A program made the position numbers and the translations under genes. This document shows positions 7,911-17,727 of a DNA stretch of 52,684 nucleotides, piece by piece (position 1 is the first letter of the stretch; each line of letters begins with the position of its first letter). This stretch comes from a virus (Duplodnaviria > Caudoviricetes): the IMG/VR virus record IMGVR_UViG_3300043270_000010, positions 1-52,684 of that record; one strand, written 5' to 3'. Below the pieces are notes generated by a model. The model ran no database searches, was not told the DNA's origin, and was given only the letters and a program-made list of their open reading frames with translations.

Positions 7911-8155
7911 CCGGTCCTCCGCGCGTCGAGGATCTCGTTCATCGTGCGCGCCCGCTCGTTTGCGGCCGCGTCGTCGTATCGTGCCAGCTTCTCCACGGTC
8001 GCGAGCGCCGACTCCGCCAGCTGCGCAAGCGCGAGCTGCTCCCGCAGCAGCTCCGCCTGCGCCGTCGTCCGCGCCCGAGCCGTCCCGACCCGGTAGCCGA
8101 CGGCGTACCCGCCGAGCGCGACCACGGCGGCCGACGCCCACCACGCCCACGTCAC
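7895..8155 (-). CDS. Small membrane-anchored coiled-coil protein
   Basis: N-terminal hydrophobic helix WAWWASAAVVALGGYAVGY. Confidence 0.6.
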   Translation of the reverse strand: MTWAWWASAAVVALGGYAVGYRVGTARARTTAQAELLREQLALAQLAESALATVEKLARYDDAAANERARTMNEILDARRTGWRGD

Positions 8156-9120
8156 GACCCACCCCCGTCGCGCTGTGCGCCCTCCTGCGCGTCCGCCGCC
8201 TCCTCCGGGGGTTCCGGGCTGTCCTGCGGCTCCGTCGCGCTCTCCGTGGCTCCTGGCGCTACCTGGAAGCCGTTGAACGCCCATGCGAACGCCTCCGCGA
8301 TCTGCGTGTCGTTCGGCGGCGGGAACCCTCCGCTGCCCCCCGACAGGTCCTGCGCCTTCACGATCGTGTTCGCGAGGCGCCTCCAGTACGACGCCGTCTC
8401 CTGCCGCGTCAGCTCCGTGATGCCGTGCCCGTACACGTGCGTCGCGGCCGCGTCCTCGACGGCCAGCCAGTCGCGCTCCGGGTCGAACGTCGCGAACGCC
8501 ATCCTGATCGCGTTCGCGTCATCGAGGCTCTTTACCTCAATCGCCCCCGCCAGCAGGCTCCGCCCCGGGTCGAACGTCCCAGCCGCTCCCCGCGGCGCCC
8601 GCCCCTGTGGCCTCTCCCCACCGCCGCGCGTCGTCTCCTCCGGCGAGTGCCCGTCGGCGTCGCTCAGCTCCTCCGTCGCGAGCGCGAACGCCTGCGCCAG
8701 CACGTTCTTGAACGCCATCGTCATCGCCTTATTCGTGCTCTTGTCGCCGCTATCGGTGCCCTCCCCCCACGTCGTCGCCGTCACGCTGTCCCCCCCGGCG
8801 CCGTAGAACGTGAACAGGACGTGCAGGTTGACCTCGTACATGGTGCTCCCGCGCGCCGTCGTCCGCTCCGCCGTGATCCGCTCCAGCACATCCGGCACGA
8901 CGAACACGCCCCACTTCGCCAGCAGCGGGTTAAGCGCGTTCATCACGTCGTCGTGGCCGCGGTACATGAAGTTCTGCTGCTGGTTCCGCTGGTCCTTCCC
9001 GATCGCGGGCAGCCCCGCCAACACGGCGATCATCCGCTCATGGATCGTCATGCCAGCCTTCGGCTCCTCGTCCGGCCCCCACGTCGGGCCGGTGTACGTC
9101 GTCTCCTCCGTTGCCGTCAT
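8152..9120 (-). CDS. erf: ERF-family single-strand annealing protein
   Basis: IGKDQRNQQQNFMYRGHDDVMNALNPLLAKWGV, GEGTDSGDKSTNKAMTMAFKNVL.Q.F. Confidence 0.9.
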   Translation of the reverse strand: MTATEETTYTGPTWGPDEEPKAGMTIHERMIAVLAGLPAIGKDQRNQQQNFMYRGHDDVMNALNPLLAKWGVFVVPDVLERITAERTTARGSTMYEVNLHVLFTFYGAGGDSVTATTWGEGTDSGDKSTNKAMTMAFKNVLAQAFALATEELSDADGHSPEETTRGGGERPQGRAPRGAAGTFDPGRSLLAGAIEVKSLDDANAIRMAFATFDPERDWLAVEDAAATHVYGHGITELTRQETASYWRRLANTIVKAQDLSGGSGGFPPPNDTQIAEAFAWAFNGFQVAPGATESATEPQDSPEPPEEAADAQEGAQRDGGGS

Positions 9121-9230
9121 CTCTCCTCCTTCGGGTTCTCCCTCAAGTGTGCGGGGCGCGGGGAGCCTGCCGCCGCCGACGGGGTCGGCGGGTTCCCCGG
9201 CAGGCGCTCCGCGCCCCTCGTGGGCAGGGT

Positions 9231-10346
9231 TCAGGGGGAGGCGATCCCCGCCCACTCCTGCGCGGGCAAGCTCACCAGCAGCCCGCCCGCGACCTCCATG
9301 TCCCGCTGCCGCTCAAACATGTCGGCCTCCTTCGCCGCCGCCGTCACCGCGTTCGCCAGCCCCCACTGGTTCAGGTCGCCGCCGAGCGCGAGATGCCGCA
9401 GGACGCTCATCTGCTCCTGCTCGTTCAGGTCGAACCGCTGCGCCAGCCGCTCCGTCGCCGCCACCGGATTCTGCACCCGCGGCCCCGTCGTCGCGGCCTG
9501 CAGCTCCTCGACCAGCTCGCTGAAGAACGTCTCGCTGAGCGCCGCCCCGACCGCGTCGCGCACCTTCAGGAAGAACGCCGCATCGTCCGCCGCCAGCGTG
9601 TCATCGCGGTAGATCGCGTACGCCTCCTCCTCCTGCGCCCGCCCGACGTGGTACCGGGTCAGCGCCCGCATCGGCACGATCATCCCGTTCGCGCACACGA
9701 GCCTCCACGCGAACGGCTGCACCGCGAGGGCGCTCTCCCCGACCTCGCTGTTACGGATCTCGACGCCCGCCTGCAACGTGTCGCCCGGACGGATGTCCCG
9801 CTGCACACTCGGCAGGAGCGCCCGCACGTACATGCGGTCGTCCGTGAGCGCCGACACCTGAAACTCCAGATCCGGGTAGCCGCTGAACACCGGCACGATC
9901 GCCTGCTCCAGCAGGTCGATGTTGTCGAGGCGCCGGTAGCGGTCGCTGAGGAACGCCCGCACGTCGCCGCCGAGCATCCTCACCATCCGCCGCTCCGGCT
10001 TCTCCCGCAACCAGTGTCCGACGTTCGCGTCGAGCAGCCCGGGCGCCTCCTGCTGCATCCGTGTGTAATAGCGGCGCGGGATGCCGACGCGCTCCCCGAT
10101 CTGCCGGTGCGCCCGCTCTTTCACGAACCCGCCCTCGATCTCGTCCGCGGTGTCCCACGACAGGTAGCTGCCGCCGCGCTCCCCCGGCTGAGGGTACGAC
10201 GAGAACGTCATGCGCCGCGTGTCCACAACGTAGTCCCGCTTCGTCTCCTGCTGCCTGAGTAGCTCCTCCGCCAGCTCCGCCAGCGTATGCCGCTCCTCCC
10301 GCCTGCGCGGGTTCCCGGTTGCCGCCGGGTCGATGATCGTCGTCAT
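9231..10346 (-). CDS. DUF932-domain protein
   Basis: RAFLSDRYRRLDN, NSEVG, RLVCANGM, WGLANAVT. Confidence 0.85.
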   Translation of the reverse strand: MTTIIDPAATGNPRRREERHTLAELAEELLRQQETKRDYVVDTRRMTFSSYPQPGERGGSYLSWDTADEIEGGFVKERAHRQIGERVGIPRRYYTRMQQEAPGLLDANVGHWLREKPERRMVRMLGGDVRAFLSDRYRRLDNIDLLEQAIVPVFSGYPDLEFQVSALTDDRMYVRALLPSVQRDIRPGDTLQAGVEIRNSEVGESALAVQPFAWRLVCANGMIVPMRALTRYHVGRAQEEEAYAIYRDDTLAADDAAFFLKVRDAVGAALSETFFSELVEELQAATTGPRVQNPVAATERLAQRFDLNEQEQMSVLRHLALGGDLNQWGLANAVTAAAKEADMFERQRDMEVAGGLLVSLPAQEWAGIASP

Positions 10347-10612
10347 CTGTCCCTCTCCTCCTGCTGCCTCCGCAGCGTCTCGTACTCCGTCCATGTCAGC
10401 GCCCGCCACGTGAGCGGCCCCTCGCACAGCCCGCCCCACCCGAACGCCGCCGCCATGAGGCTGAACTTCACAACCGCGTCGATCAGGTCGTCCGCCTCCG
10501 CCCTCGTCGCCACGACGCGGAGCAGCTCGCCGCCGCAGTAGACGGCGTAGCCTGCCCCGACGAGCAGCCTCGCTGCCGCCGCCTGCGACGGCCACACGGC
10601 GCCGGTCATCAC
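10343..10612 (-). CDS. Hypothetical protein
   Basis: Coupled overlapping start and stop codons. Confidence 0.55.
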   Translation of the reverse strand: MMTGAVWPSQAAAARLLVGAGYAVYCGGELLRVVATRAEADDLIDAVVKFSLMAAAFGWGGLCEGPLTWRALTWTEYETLRRQQEERDR

Positions 10613-10860
10613 CGTCCCGCCTCCCACGGGTTCACGATCCACACGCCCGGCTGATCGTCCTCCGTGCCGTCCGGCAGCGCGTCCAGCACTCCGCAGGCGC
10701 AGCCGACGGGGAACTCCCCCTCCCCGTGCAGCGTCACGGCCGCGACGCCGACGCCTCCCGGCGTGCCCGTCGTCGCTACCAACGTCAGCTCCCCGCCGCG
10801 CAGACGGTAGATGCGGTAACGCTCCTTCAACCGGCGTGGCGCCACGTCATCCCAGCTCAT
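10609..10860 (-). CDS. Hypothetical protein
   Basis: MSWDDVAP start; stop overlaps the next start. Confidence 0.6.
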   Translation of the reverse strand: MSWDDVAPRRLKERYRIYRLRGGELTLVATTGTPGGVGVAAVTLHGEGEFPVGCACGVLDALPDGTEDDQPGVWIVNPWEAGR

Positions 10861-10871
10861 CGTCGTTCCGC

Positions 10872-11045
10872 TCAAGCCTCCTCCTTCCGGGTGACTCCCG
10901 TCACGACTGAGCAGTAGGCGGTCTCGCCATCCGACCACAGCGCGAACTGCCCGTCCGGGTAGTACGCCATGACGTGTTCGGTGTCGATTCCGATCGCCTC
11001 CGCGGCATCGGCGAATGCTGCCCGCCCTCGCCATTGGGCGTTCAC
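10872..11045 (-). CDS. Small hypothetical protein (57 aa)
   Basis: GTGA overlap with the upstream stop; fills the gap; not in the ORF track. Confidence 0.5.
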   Translation of the reverse strand: MNAQWRGRAAFADAAEAIGIDTEHVMAYYPDGQFALWSDGETAYCSVVTGVTRKEEA

Positions 11046-11380
11046 GGCTCGATGCGCCCGTAGCGGCGCCCCTCCGCGAGATGCTCCGCCACCGGGCGAA
11101 ACCCGTCCTGCAGCCCGGCCGCAACCAGCAGGTCGAGGCGGAAGCGGAGCGTGAACCTGTGCTCGTCCTCGACCTCCATCGTCCAGCCGTCCTCGTCCGC
11201 GTCGAACCCGACGCGCTCCGCCTCCACCTTCCCCAGCGTCATCGTCTCCTCCAGGCTAGGAAGGCGGCCCGCTGTACGTATGCCTACGAGGTTCGTTGTG
11301 TAGACGGCTTGCGGGGAGCTCTCCGGTAGCTCCTTCTCGCTAACGAGCCGCCTGATGAATGCCTCCTGCCGTTCGATCAT
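11042..11380 (-). CDS. Hypothetical protein, first gene of early operon 1
   Basis: GAGGAGG RBS downstream of promoter. Confidence 0.75.
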   Translation of the reverse strand: MIERQEAFIRRLVSEKELPESSPQAVYTTNLVGIRTAGRLPSLEETMTLGKVEAERVGFDADEDGWTMEVEDEHRFTLRFRLDLLVAAGLQDGFRPVAEHLAEGRRYGRIEP

Positions 11381-11419
11381 CGTCTCCTCCTCGGGAGCCG
11401 TGCGCCCTTGGCCCCCACT

Positions 11420-11448
11420 ACTCTAGCAGGTTCGCAGCGGTTTGAAAA
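11420..11448 (-). promoter_or_regulatory. Sigma70/SigA-type early promoter
   Basis: TTTTCA-17 bp-TAGAGT with extended -10; shares ACCTGCTAGAGTA and leader with the 1353-1381 promoter. Confidence 0.7.
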
Positions 11449-11472
11449 GGGGTGAATCCGCAGATTCGTGAC

Positions 11473-11544
11473 GCGGCCCGCCCCGCGTGGGAGGAGAACT
11501 CACGCCGGGGCGGGCCGCATCCTCGCCCCGCGAAGCGGGGGAGG
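11473..11544 (-). terminator. Tandem GC-rich hairpins ending the late operon
   Basis: 13-bp perfect stem 11473-11485/11506-11518 plus a second hairpin 11521-11544, just after the holin stop; no U-tract. Confidence 0.6.
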
Positions 11545-11558
11545 GTCGGTGCGAGGCT

Positions 11559-11915
11559 CTACCTCACAGGGGCAGGCTCGTTCCGCAGCTGGTACGTCAC
11601 GGTGAGAGCGACGAGCAGCGCCGCCACGGCCGTCAGCAGCTCCCCCTGCCCGATCGCGCCGTCGTTCTCGTAGCCGACGCTGAGGGCCGTCAGGAACGCC
11701 GTCGCCGCCGCCAGGAACGCTTTGATCGCGCCCCCGAACGACCCCGGCGTGTTCTCCGCAAACCATGTCGCCGCCGAGCCTCCGAGCACGACGAGCGCGA
11801 TCCCCACCCACTGCCCGCCAGACAGGTCGTCGATGCTGCCGTTCCCGACCGCCGTCGCGACCGCCGCGACGAGCGCCGCGACGAGCGCGACGAGCGCCTT
11901 CGTGTACTCCAGCAT
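11559..11915 (-). CDS. Holin
   Basis: Four hydrophobic helices as two repeated KA..A..AA...A units; in the lysis module. Confidence 0.75.
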   Translation of the reverse strand: MLEYTKALVALVAALVAAVATAVGNGSIDDLSGGQWVGIALVVLGGSAATWFAENTPGSFGGAIKAFLAAATAFLTALSVGYENDGAIGQGELLTAVAALLVALTVTYQLRNEPAPVR

Positions 11916-11930
11916 TGCCGCCTCCTTTTC

Positions 11931-12380
11931 CTACGTCGTCTCCGGCTGCGGGCGCTGAGACTGGATCACCGTCTGCACCGCCTCCGCCGTCTGCGTCATC
12001 AGCGCCCGCAGCTGTTCCAGCTGCGTCGCCATCGTGTCGAGCGTCGGCCGCGCCTCCAGCCTCGACATCTCGATCTTCAGCTCCTGGATCTCCTGCCTGA
12101 GCGCTTCCTCCCTCCTCTTGCTGGCCGCCAGTTCTTCATCGACCCGTTCGGCCTTCGCCCGCTCCGCGTTCCGTTCCCGCTCCCACGCCGCCGCCGCGCC
12201 CGCCGCCGCCGCGCTCTCCGCCCGCAGCCTGCCGACGACGAGGAACCCCGCGAACAGGACGCCGAGCGCTGCGAGGTCGAGAACGATCCGCGCGCTGGAC
12301 GGGAGGTCGCCGAGGATGTTCGCTACAACGATGACGGCGCCGGCGAGCGGAGGCATAAGGAGCTTCGCCTCCCCGATCAT
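11931..12380 (-). CDS. Membrane plus coiled-coil lysis-module protein
   Basis: N-terminal TM segments then heptad-rich region; between endolysin and holin. Confidence 0.65.
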   Translation of the reverse strand: MIGEAKLLMPPLAGAVIVVANILGDLPSSARIVLDLAALGVLFAGFLVVGRLRAESAAAAGAAAAWERERNAERAKAERVDEELAASKRREEALRQEIQELKIEMSRLEARPTLDTMATQLEQLRALMTQTAEAVQTVIQSQRPQPETT

Positions 12381-12496
12381 GCGGTGCTCTCCGCCGGTCG
12401 TCTCGATCGCTCGCCTCTCCCGGCGCTGATCGTGCGTCGCCGGTCGCGCGTCGTCACGCTCACATGGTACGCGGCTCCCGCCGTCATCCCCGCCGC

Positions 12497-13243
12497 CTAC
12501 CCCGCCTTTAGCTGCACTCCGACCGTCGGCGCCCCGTGCGTGTAGTTCGTGTGGTGGAGAAGGTCGCGTCCGATCACCGCCTTCGCGTCGATGCCGACGT
12601 GGACGTGCGGCCCTCCGTCGCCCGCCCCGATCGCCCCGATCCGCGCCATCGCCTGCCCCTTCCCCCACCGGCTGCCGGTCGCGGGCGCCGCCGCTACATG
12701 CCCGATCCAGTAGCGGAGGCCGCTGACGCCCTCCGCGTAGAAGGCGTCACCGCCCTGCGCGCTGCTCTGACGTGTGACGACGAGCGGCTCGGGCGCTAGC
12801 ACCCCCGCCCCTGTCCGCCCGAACCCGTCATCGAACGCCGGGTAGTACGTGTCGTGGCCGGGCCTCGGGAACCCCGCCGTCCGGTGCGTCAGGTCGTGCA
12901 GCAGGACGCTCGTGCCGCCGCTGACGATCGGCCCCAGCGGCGGCACGTCGCGTTCGTGCTCGTCCGCGTACTGCTCCAGCAGGCTCACGGCGAGCGTGTC
13001 GAAGGCGTCAGCCGCCCGCAGCTCCTCCATCAGCCGCGGCCCCACCCATCCACTCTGCGGCAGCCCCGCGTCCGCCTGCGCCGCCTTCACGAGCGCCGTC
13101 ATGCTCGCGTTGAACGCCCGCTGCGTCGCGGTCGGCGCGGTCGGCGGCCCCACCCCGAGGTAGCGGCGGACGCCCCGGCGGACTCCCTGCACGTCTGCTC
13201 CGTAGTCGCCCGGCTTAAGGATCCTCGTCAGCGTTGCCGCCAT
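12497..13243 (-). CDS. Endolysin: peptidoglycan-binding domain plus M23-like peptidase
   Basis: LKPGDYGADV...AQADAGL..SG.VGP; C-terminal GHV...G..GPHVHVG. Confidence 0.8.
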   Translation of the reverse strand: MAATLTRILKPGDYGADVQGVRRGVRRYLGVGPPTAPTATQRAFNASMTALVKAAQADAGLPQSGWVGPRLMEELRAADAFDTLAVSLLEQYADEHERDVPPLGPIVSGGTSVLLHDLTHRTAGFPRPGHDTYYPAFDDGFGRTGAGVLAPEPLVVTRQSSAQGGDAFYAEGVSGLRYWIGHVAAAPATGSRWGKGQAMARIGAIGAGDGGPHVHVGIDAKAVIGRDLLHHTNYTHGAPTVGVQLKAG

Positions 13244-13258
13244 GCGCCCTCCCTCCTT

Positions 13259-14506
13259 TCACTGGCAGTAGATGATCCTGTAGATGTGCGGAATCCAGTC
13301 GTCCGTGACCGCCTCGAACGGGCCGAACGCGATGTAGACAAGGCTCTGCGCAGACGGCCCGTCGTCGACGGTGGTGGTGACGGTGAATTCGTCGGCGCCG
13401 AGCGCGACCGTCCCGGCGATGGCGCCCGCCGAGCTGACGTTCGAGCACCATCCCTTCGTGACCGACTGGTACAGCCGCTGCTCGGACCCATCTAGAAATA
13501 CGCATGCCTGATGGTCGGGGGTGACAACGCCGAACCCGATGTTCCCGGTGAGTGTCGTGCCGAACCCGTTCGTGTCACCCGTCGTCATCATCAGCACTGC
13601 CGCGACCTCGTCTACCAGCGTGTTCGCGACAGTCTCGACGACGTCATCGTCGAGCGTGTCCGACGGCGTAAACGACCCCGTAGACGACTCGCCGTCCCAG
13701 AATGCGATCGAGTCATGCGAGTCGCTGACGGATTGGTAGTCGAGCAGCAGGTCGGTGTCGCTGCCGCCGGTCGGGTAGGCGTCGAGCTGCCCCCCGAGGA
13801 TCGTCCCGCCGACTCCGGCGTGGTACGGCTCGTAGATCTGCGGCGTGGACGACCCGGCGAGCGCTGTAGCGACCCGCTGCTGCCCCGACGATACGCACTC
13901 CAGGTAGGCGGTTTGCCAGTCAAGGTCGGACGGGGGGTACGACCCGGCGCCCGACCAGAACCAGTGTGTGCCGTTGTAGAACGCCTCGCCGTCGCCGCCC
14001 TCGAACATGCCGACGGCGAGTAGGCTGCGAACGCGCCAATCAAGCGTCAGCGTCTGGTCGCCACCGTCGGAGTGCAACTCGTGCATCCCCGCGTTGTCGA
14101 AGCCTCCCCAGGCGAGCCAGTGGACGTAACGGGTACCCGCCGACACCGTCGTGAAGTTGACGGTGAACCCGTCCGTGTCCAGCGACACGGCATCGGCGCG
14201 GTAGTCAACGTTCGACCCGGCACCACCCCCGACGGCGGTCCGCGCGTAGATACAGTCGTCGGTGAGGACGGATCCCTTCGGGTTCGGCGATACCCACCCG
14301 ACATGTTGCAGCAGCGACGCGGAGTCCCAGTCGGTTGCCATTAGTCCGAAGAACACGCCGAGGTAGGAGCTGTTGACGACGGAGTCGAGCGTGCCAGTGT
14401 TGGAGCCGAAGAAGCAGACGCCCTGCGGTTGGAAGCCGAGGCCGGTGACGGCGTAGTTGCCGGTGGAGCCGGGGACGGTGAACGATCCGGACTTGTAGAA
14501 GCCCAC
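13259..14506 (-). CDS. Tail-associated structural/receptor-binding protein
   Basis: GTG start after the upstream stop; G/S/T-rich beta protein (GLGFQP, SLDTDGFTVNF); position. Confidence 0.65.
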   Translation of the reverse strand: MGFYKSGSFTVPGSTGNYAVTGLGFQPQGVCFFGSNTGTLDSVVNSSYLGVFFGLMATDWDSASLLQHVGWVSPNPKGSVLTDDCIYARTAVGGGAGSNVDYRADAVSLDTDGFTVNFTTVSAGTRYVHWLAWGGFDNAGMHELHSDGGDQTLTLDWRVRSLLAVGMFEGGDGEAFYNGTHWFWSGAGSYPPSDLDWQTAYLECVSSGQQRVATALAGSSTPQIYEPYHAGVGGTILGGQLDAYPTGGSDTDLLLDYQSVSDSHDSIAFWDGESSTGSFTPSDTLDDDVVETVANTLVDEVAAVLMMTTGDTNGFGTTLTGNIGFGVVTPDHQACVFLDGSEQRLYQSVTKGWCSNVSSAGAIAGTVALGADEFTVTTTVDDGPSAQSLVYIAFGPFEAVTDDWIPHIYRIIYCQ

Positions 14507-14510
14507 GCCG

Positions 14511-15275
14511 CTACTTTCGGACTGTAACCCTGATGAATGCGGGCATGTAGTTGCCGGAGCCGCCAGCTCCCCCGCCGACGCTCGCGAGCGATGCGGTGGT
14601 CGCCCATGCGCGGATCGAGAACGAGTAGGTGCCCGCCGACGGGACGTACTCGCGCCGCACCGTCGTGATCTGACGATACGCGCCGCTGAGAGTGAGGAAG
14701 ATGTCTCCGAGTTTCCCGATGGACGCGGCGCCTCCGCCATCCACGTCCGCGTAGAGCGCGAAGAACGTGCCGCGGTTCGTGCCCCCGCCGGGCGAGTCCG
14801 CATAGGGGAAGTACCCCTCGACGATCACCTTCGTCGCTCCGTCGCACACGACGTCCGGCGCGGTTACGAGCGTGGTCGCGCCGCCCTCCGTCGTCGCGGT
14901 GATCAACGTCAGGCCCGTTAGCTCCTGGTACACGTAGCCTGGCTCCAACTGCAACGAGTTGAAATTCCCGCCCGCTCCGTTGCAGTAGATGACCCGCGCC
15001 TCACCGGAGTAGAGTTTCACCGTCGTTTGCCCGTCGATCGTCTCCGACCCCGCCGGGTCGAGCGTCACGACGGTCGACCCGTTCGTCGTCTTGTTTCGCA
15101 GGATCACCCACCAGCCGTCGCCGAGCGTCTCGTCCGCCTCAAACGTCTGCGTGATCGCCGCCGTGATGTCGATCGTCTTGCCCCTGTCGGCCGTCCCGAG
15201 GACCGAGTTCGCCGACCGCGACTCGTATTGCAAGTTCGGGACGCCGACGCCGGGAACGATCTCGAAGGCGCTCAC
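14511..15275 (-). CDS. Tail fibre-like protein
   Basis: LGDGWWVILRN...VTLDPAGSETIDG motif typical of fibre domains. Confidence 0.65.
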   Translation of the reverse strand: MSAFEIVPGVGVPNLQYESRSANSVLGTADRGKTIDITAAITQTFEADETLGDGWWVILRNKTTNGSTVVTLDPAGSETIDGQTTVKLYSGEARVIYCNGAGGNFNSLQLEPGYVYQELTGLTLITATTEGGATTLVTAPDVVCDGATKVIVEGYFPYADSPGGGTNRGTFFALYADVDGGGAASIGKLGDIFLTLSGAYRQITTVRREYVPSAGTYSFSIRAWATTASLASVGGGAGGSGNYMPAFIRVTVRK

Positions 15276-16120
15276 AGATTCACCCCGTATGCGATCACGT
15301 CGAGAATGCGATCGTTCGAGTCGATCACGTTCGAAGCAGACCGCGCCGACACCCGCGTACCAGACGGGACGTACACGGGGAACGGCCCGGCCGCTCCGGG
15401 CTGCAGGCCGCCGGTTGTCGCCTCCGTACTCATCGCGATGTCCGGGATCAGCACCTCCTCCAGCCCCGCCGGGCCGACGCCGATATCGAACACGAACTCC
15501 CCGGACTGAAGCGAGCCGTTGGAACGCGCACCTACGGACACGTTGATGTACGTGACCGGCCGCTCCGTCGCTGCGACAAGCTGCACCCACGACCCCTTGC
15601 TGCTGAGACCACCGCCTCCGGCGTCCACGGCGGTGCCGCCGCTGTCGCTCGTGTTCGCCCCCCAAGTCTCCGTCGTATGCCCCGCGGGGGGCGTGCGAAA
15701 CCCCTTCGCGACGAGCACGACGTTCGTGTTCAGTTCGACCGCGCCCGCGGTGCTCTGCACCCGCGCCGATAGCCGCTCCCCCGCCGGGACGCGCACCGGC
15801 CAGTATGTCGCCGCATGCTGGAACCCGGTCGTCGGCTGACACAGGTGGAGGTTCTCGATCAGCACCTGCTCCCCGCCGGCCTGCCCGACGCCGATGTCGG
15901 TGAGGAAGTCCTTCACGCCCGTGTTCTGCCGCTGCGTAATCCACATGCCGCACGCCTCGAACGGCACTGCCGCGAACAGCTCGAACCACGCGCCCTTCGT
16001 GTTGGCGGCGCCGCCGGTCGGGCCGTTCCACGTGAACGCCGCCAGCGACGGCGGCTTGGCCGCGCCGAGTGGCAGCCCGAGCAGCCTCCCGTCGTCGCGC
16101 CGCGCACGCGGCCACCGCAT
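15272..16120 (-). CDS. Minor tail protein with two repeated domains
   Basis: Duplicated KG.W..L.A...DIGVG.AG.E.VLI...PV.VP.G.R.SAR. Confidence 0.65.
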   Translation of the reverse strand: MRWPRARRDDGRLLGLPLGAAKPPSLAAFTWNGPTGGAANTKGAWFELFAAVPFEACGMWITQRQNTGVKDFLTDIGVGQAGGEQVLIENLHLCQPTTGFQHAATYWPVRVPAGERLSARVQSTAGAVELNTNVVLVAKGFRTPPAGHTTETWGANTSDSGGTAVDAGGGGLSSKGSWVQLVAATERPVTYINVSVGARSNGSLQSGEFVFDIGVGPAGLEEVLIPDIAMSTEATTGGLQPGAAGPFPVYVPSGTRVSARSASNVIDSNDRILDVIAYGVNL

Positions 16121-16131
16121 CAGACCCCGGT

Positions 16132-16524
16132 TCAGAAGTCGCCCCCGAGCGCGAACACGTTGATCACGCCGGACGTGAGCGCGACCGTGATCGCCGCGCG
16201 TAACGACCAGCCGGACGCGATCACTAGGTTCTCGTAGGTGCGTGAGACGCGGTAGCCGACGACGGTCGTGGACGCTGCTGCCGGGTCGCCGAGGTCTACC
16301 TCGTCGAACAGCCAGAAGTTCGACCCGTCATGCAGGAACAGCGTCACGACAGAGTCAGCCGGGTCGCCGGTCGCTTTCAGCACCACTTCCTCGATGCGTG
16401 AGCCGGACGATCCGGCTGTGAACACGGTGGCGATGGTGCCGGTGCCGTCACGGTTCGTGTTCGCCGTCGATACCGACGCGACCCCGACCTTCGGGGTGGA
16501 GATGAACTGCGGGGATGTTGCCAT
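16132..16524 (-). CDS. Small tail-associated beta protein
   Basis: MATSPQF...ANTNRDGTGTIATVFTAG; position. Confidence 0.65.
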   Translation of the reverse strand: MATSPQFISTPKVGVASVSTANTNRDGTGTIATVFTAGSSGSRIEEVVLKATGDPADSVVTLFLHDGSNFWLFDEVDLGDPAAASTTVVGYRVSRTYENLVIASGWSLRAAITVALTSGVINVFALGGDF

Positions 16525-16527
16525 TTG

Positions 16528-17727
16528 CTACCTCGCGATCGTGTAGCGGAACAGCAGGTCGGCACCCGCCTCGGACGAGGCTGGGTCGGGCACGATGAAG
16601 CCACGCATGTTGAACAGGTAGCCGGATGTGGTGGAGACCGCAACCAACAGCGGCTTGGACACCTCCCCGACGTCGGCGGGTTCGGTCGCGGTGAGCGCCC
16701 CCGCCGTCGTGTCCGACAGATAGTAGACAGCTCCGGCCGTTAGACTGGACAGGCCGGTGATGTAGCCGCCAATGGTGAGCGTAAAGTCGTCGGCTCCGGC
16801 GACCGCCGAGACGATGCCGACAGCCTCCGCGTTCGTCTCGCTGTTTGCCTGCGCCTTCACATAGCTGGTGCCGTTGTATCTGACGACGTCGCCGACGGAG
16901 AGGCCGTGTCCGGTCTGCGTAATGTCTCGCTCCATTGCCTCGCCGCTGCCGCCCCCGCCAGCCGGACCAGTCGCTCCGACAGGCCCCTGCGGCCCCTGCG
17001 GCCCCTGCGGCCCCTGCGGCCCCTGATCCCCGGCCGCGCCGTCCTCGCCGTCCGCGCCCGGCGGCCCCGTGGCGCCCGTCGCGCCCGTCACGCCCTGCGG
17101 CCCGATGTCCCCGCCTGGCCCCGTCGGGCCGGTAGGGCCGGTCGCCCCGGTCGCCCCGGTCGCGCCGGTCGGCCCTCCTGACGGCCCAGTCGGCCCCGTC
17201 GGCCCGGTCGCGCCGATCGGCCCAACCGCCCCCGTCCCAGTCGGTATCGAGTCGAACGTCAGGATCACGCCCAACCCCTCCGCCCCGGTCCCGGCGCCGT
17301 CCACGTCCACGGCCAGCAGGTCGGCGGTGAACACCTGGTCGTTAGCGGTGTCGATCACCGGCGGTGTGGCCGCCGCATACGACGTGTAATCGCCAACGTC
17401 GATCGTGATCGGCGTGGACAGCATGTTGGTTGTACCGGTGCCGTCCTGCCCGCTGTTGCGGATCTGCACAGTCACCAGGCCGGACGAAGAAGCGACGCTC
17501 ACGAAGGCGTGCGCCTCCCTCAGATGCAGCCCGTTCAGGTCGGCCGGGATCGCCCAGATGAACCGGTCGTCCCCGGCCTCGACGATCATGCCCTCCCGGA
17601 ACAACTTGATCTCGTAGACGGCCGGAATGACGCCGATCGGCGGCGGACGCCTCAGCAGCTGGTCGGCCTTGTACCGCGTCTGCCGGATCGTCCGGTCGCG
17701 GCCCGGCTCCGTGATCGTCCTCGCCAT
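16528..17727 (-). CDS. Tail fibre with central collagen-like segment
   Basis: About 30 Gly-X-Y triplets between globular domains. Confidence 0.8.
   Translation of the reverse strand: MARTITEPGRDRTIRQTRYKADQLLRRPPPIGVIPAVYEIKLFREGMIVEAGDDRFIWAIPADLNGLHLREAHAFVSVASSSGLVTVQIRNSGQDGTGTTNMLSTPITIDVGDYTSYAAATPPVIDTANDQVFTADLLAVDVDGAGTGAEGLGVILTFDSIPTGTGAVGPIGATGPTGPTGPSGGPTGATGATGATGPTGPTGPGGDIGPQGVTGATGATGPPGADGEDGAAGDQGPQGPQGPQGPQGPVGATGPAGGGGSGEAMERDITQTGHGLSVGDVVRYNGTSYVKAQANSETNAEAVGIVSAVAGADDFTLTIGGYITGLSSLTAGAVYYLSDTTAGALTATEPADVGEVSKPLLVAVSTTSGYLFNMRGFIVPDPASSEAGADLLFRYTIAR

Noticed and set aside
16982-17026. Perfect 9-bp tandem repeat (ggcccctgc)n as a contingency locus
   Set aside because: In-frame GPQ collagen triplets; copy-number change would only alter fibre length slightly
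13259-17727. Diversity-generating retroelement or invertible tail-fibre switch
   Set aside because: No reverse transcriptase, invertase or template/variable repeat pair seen
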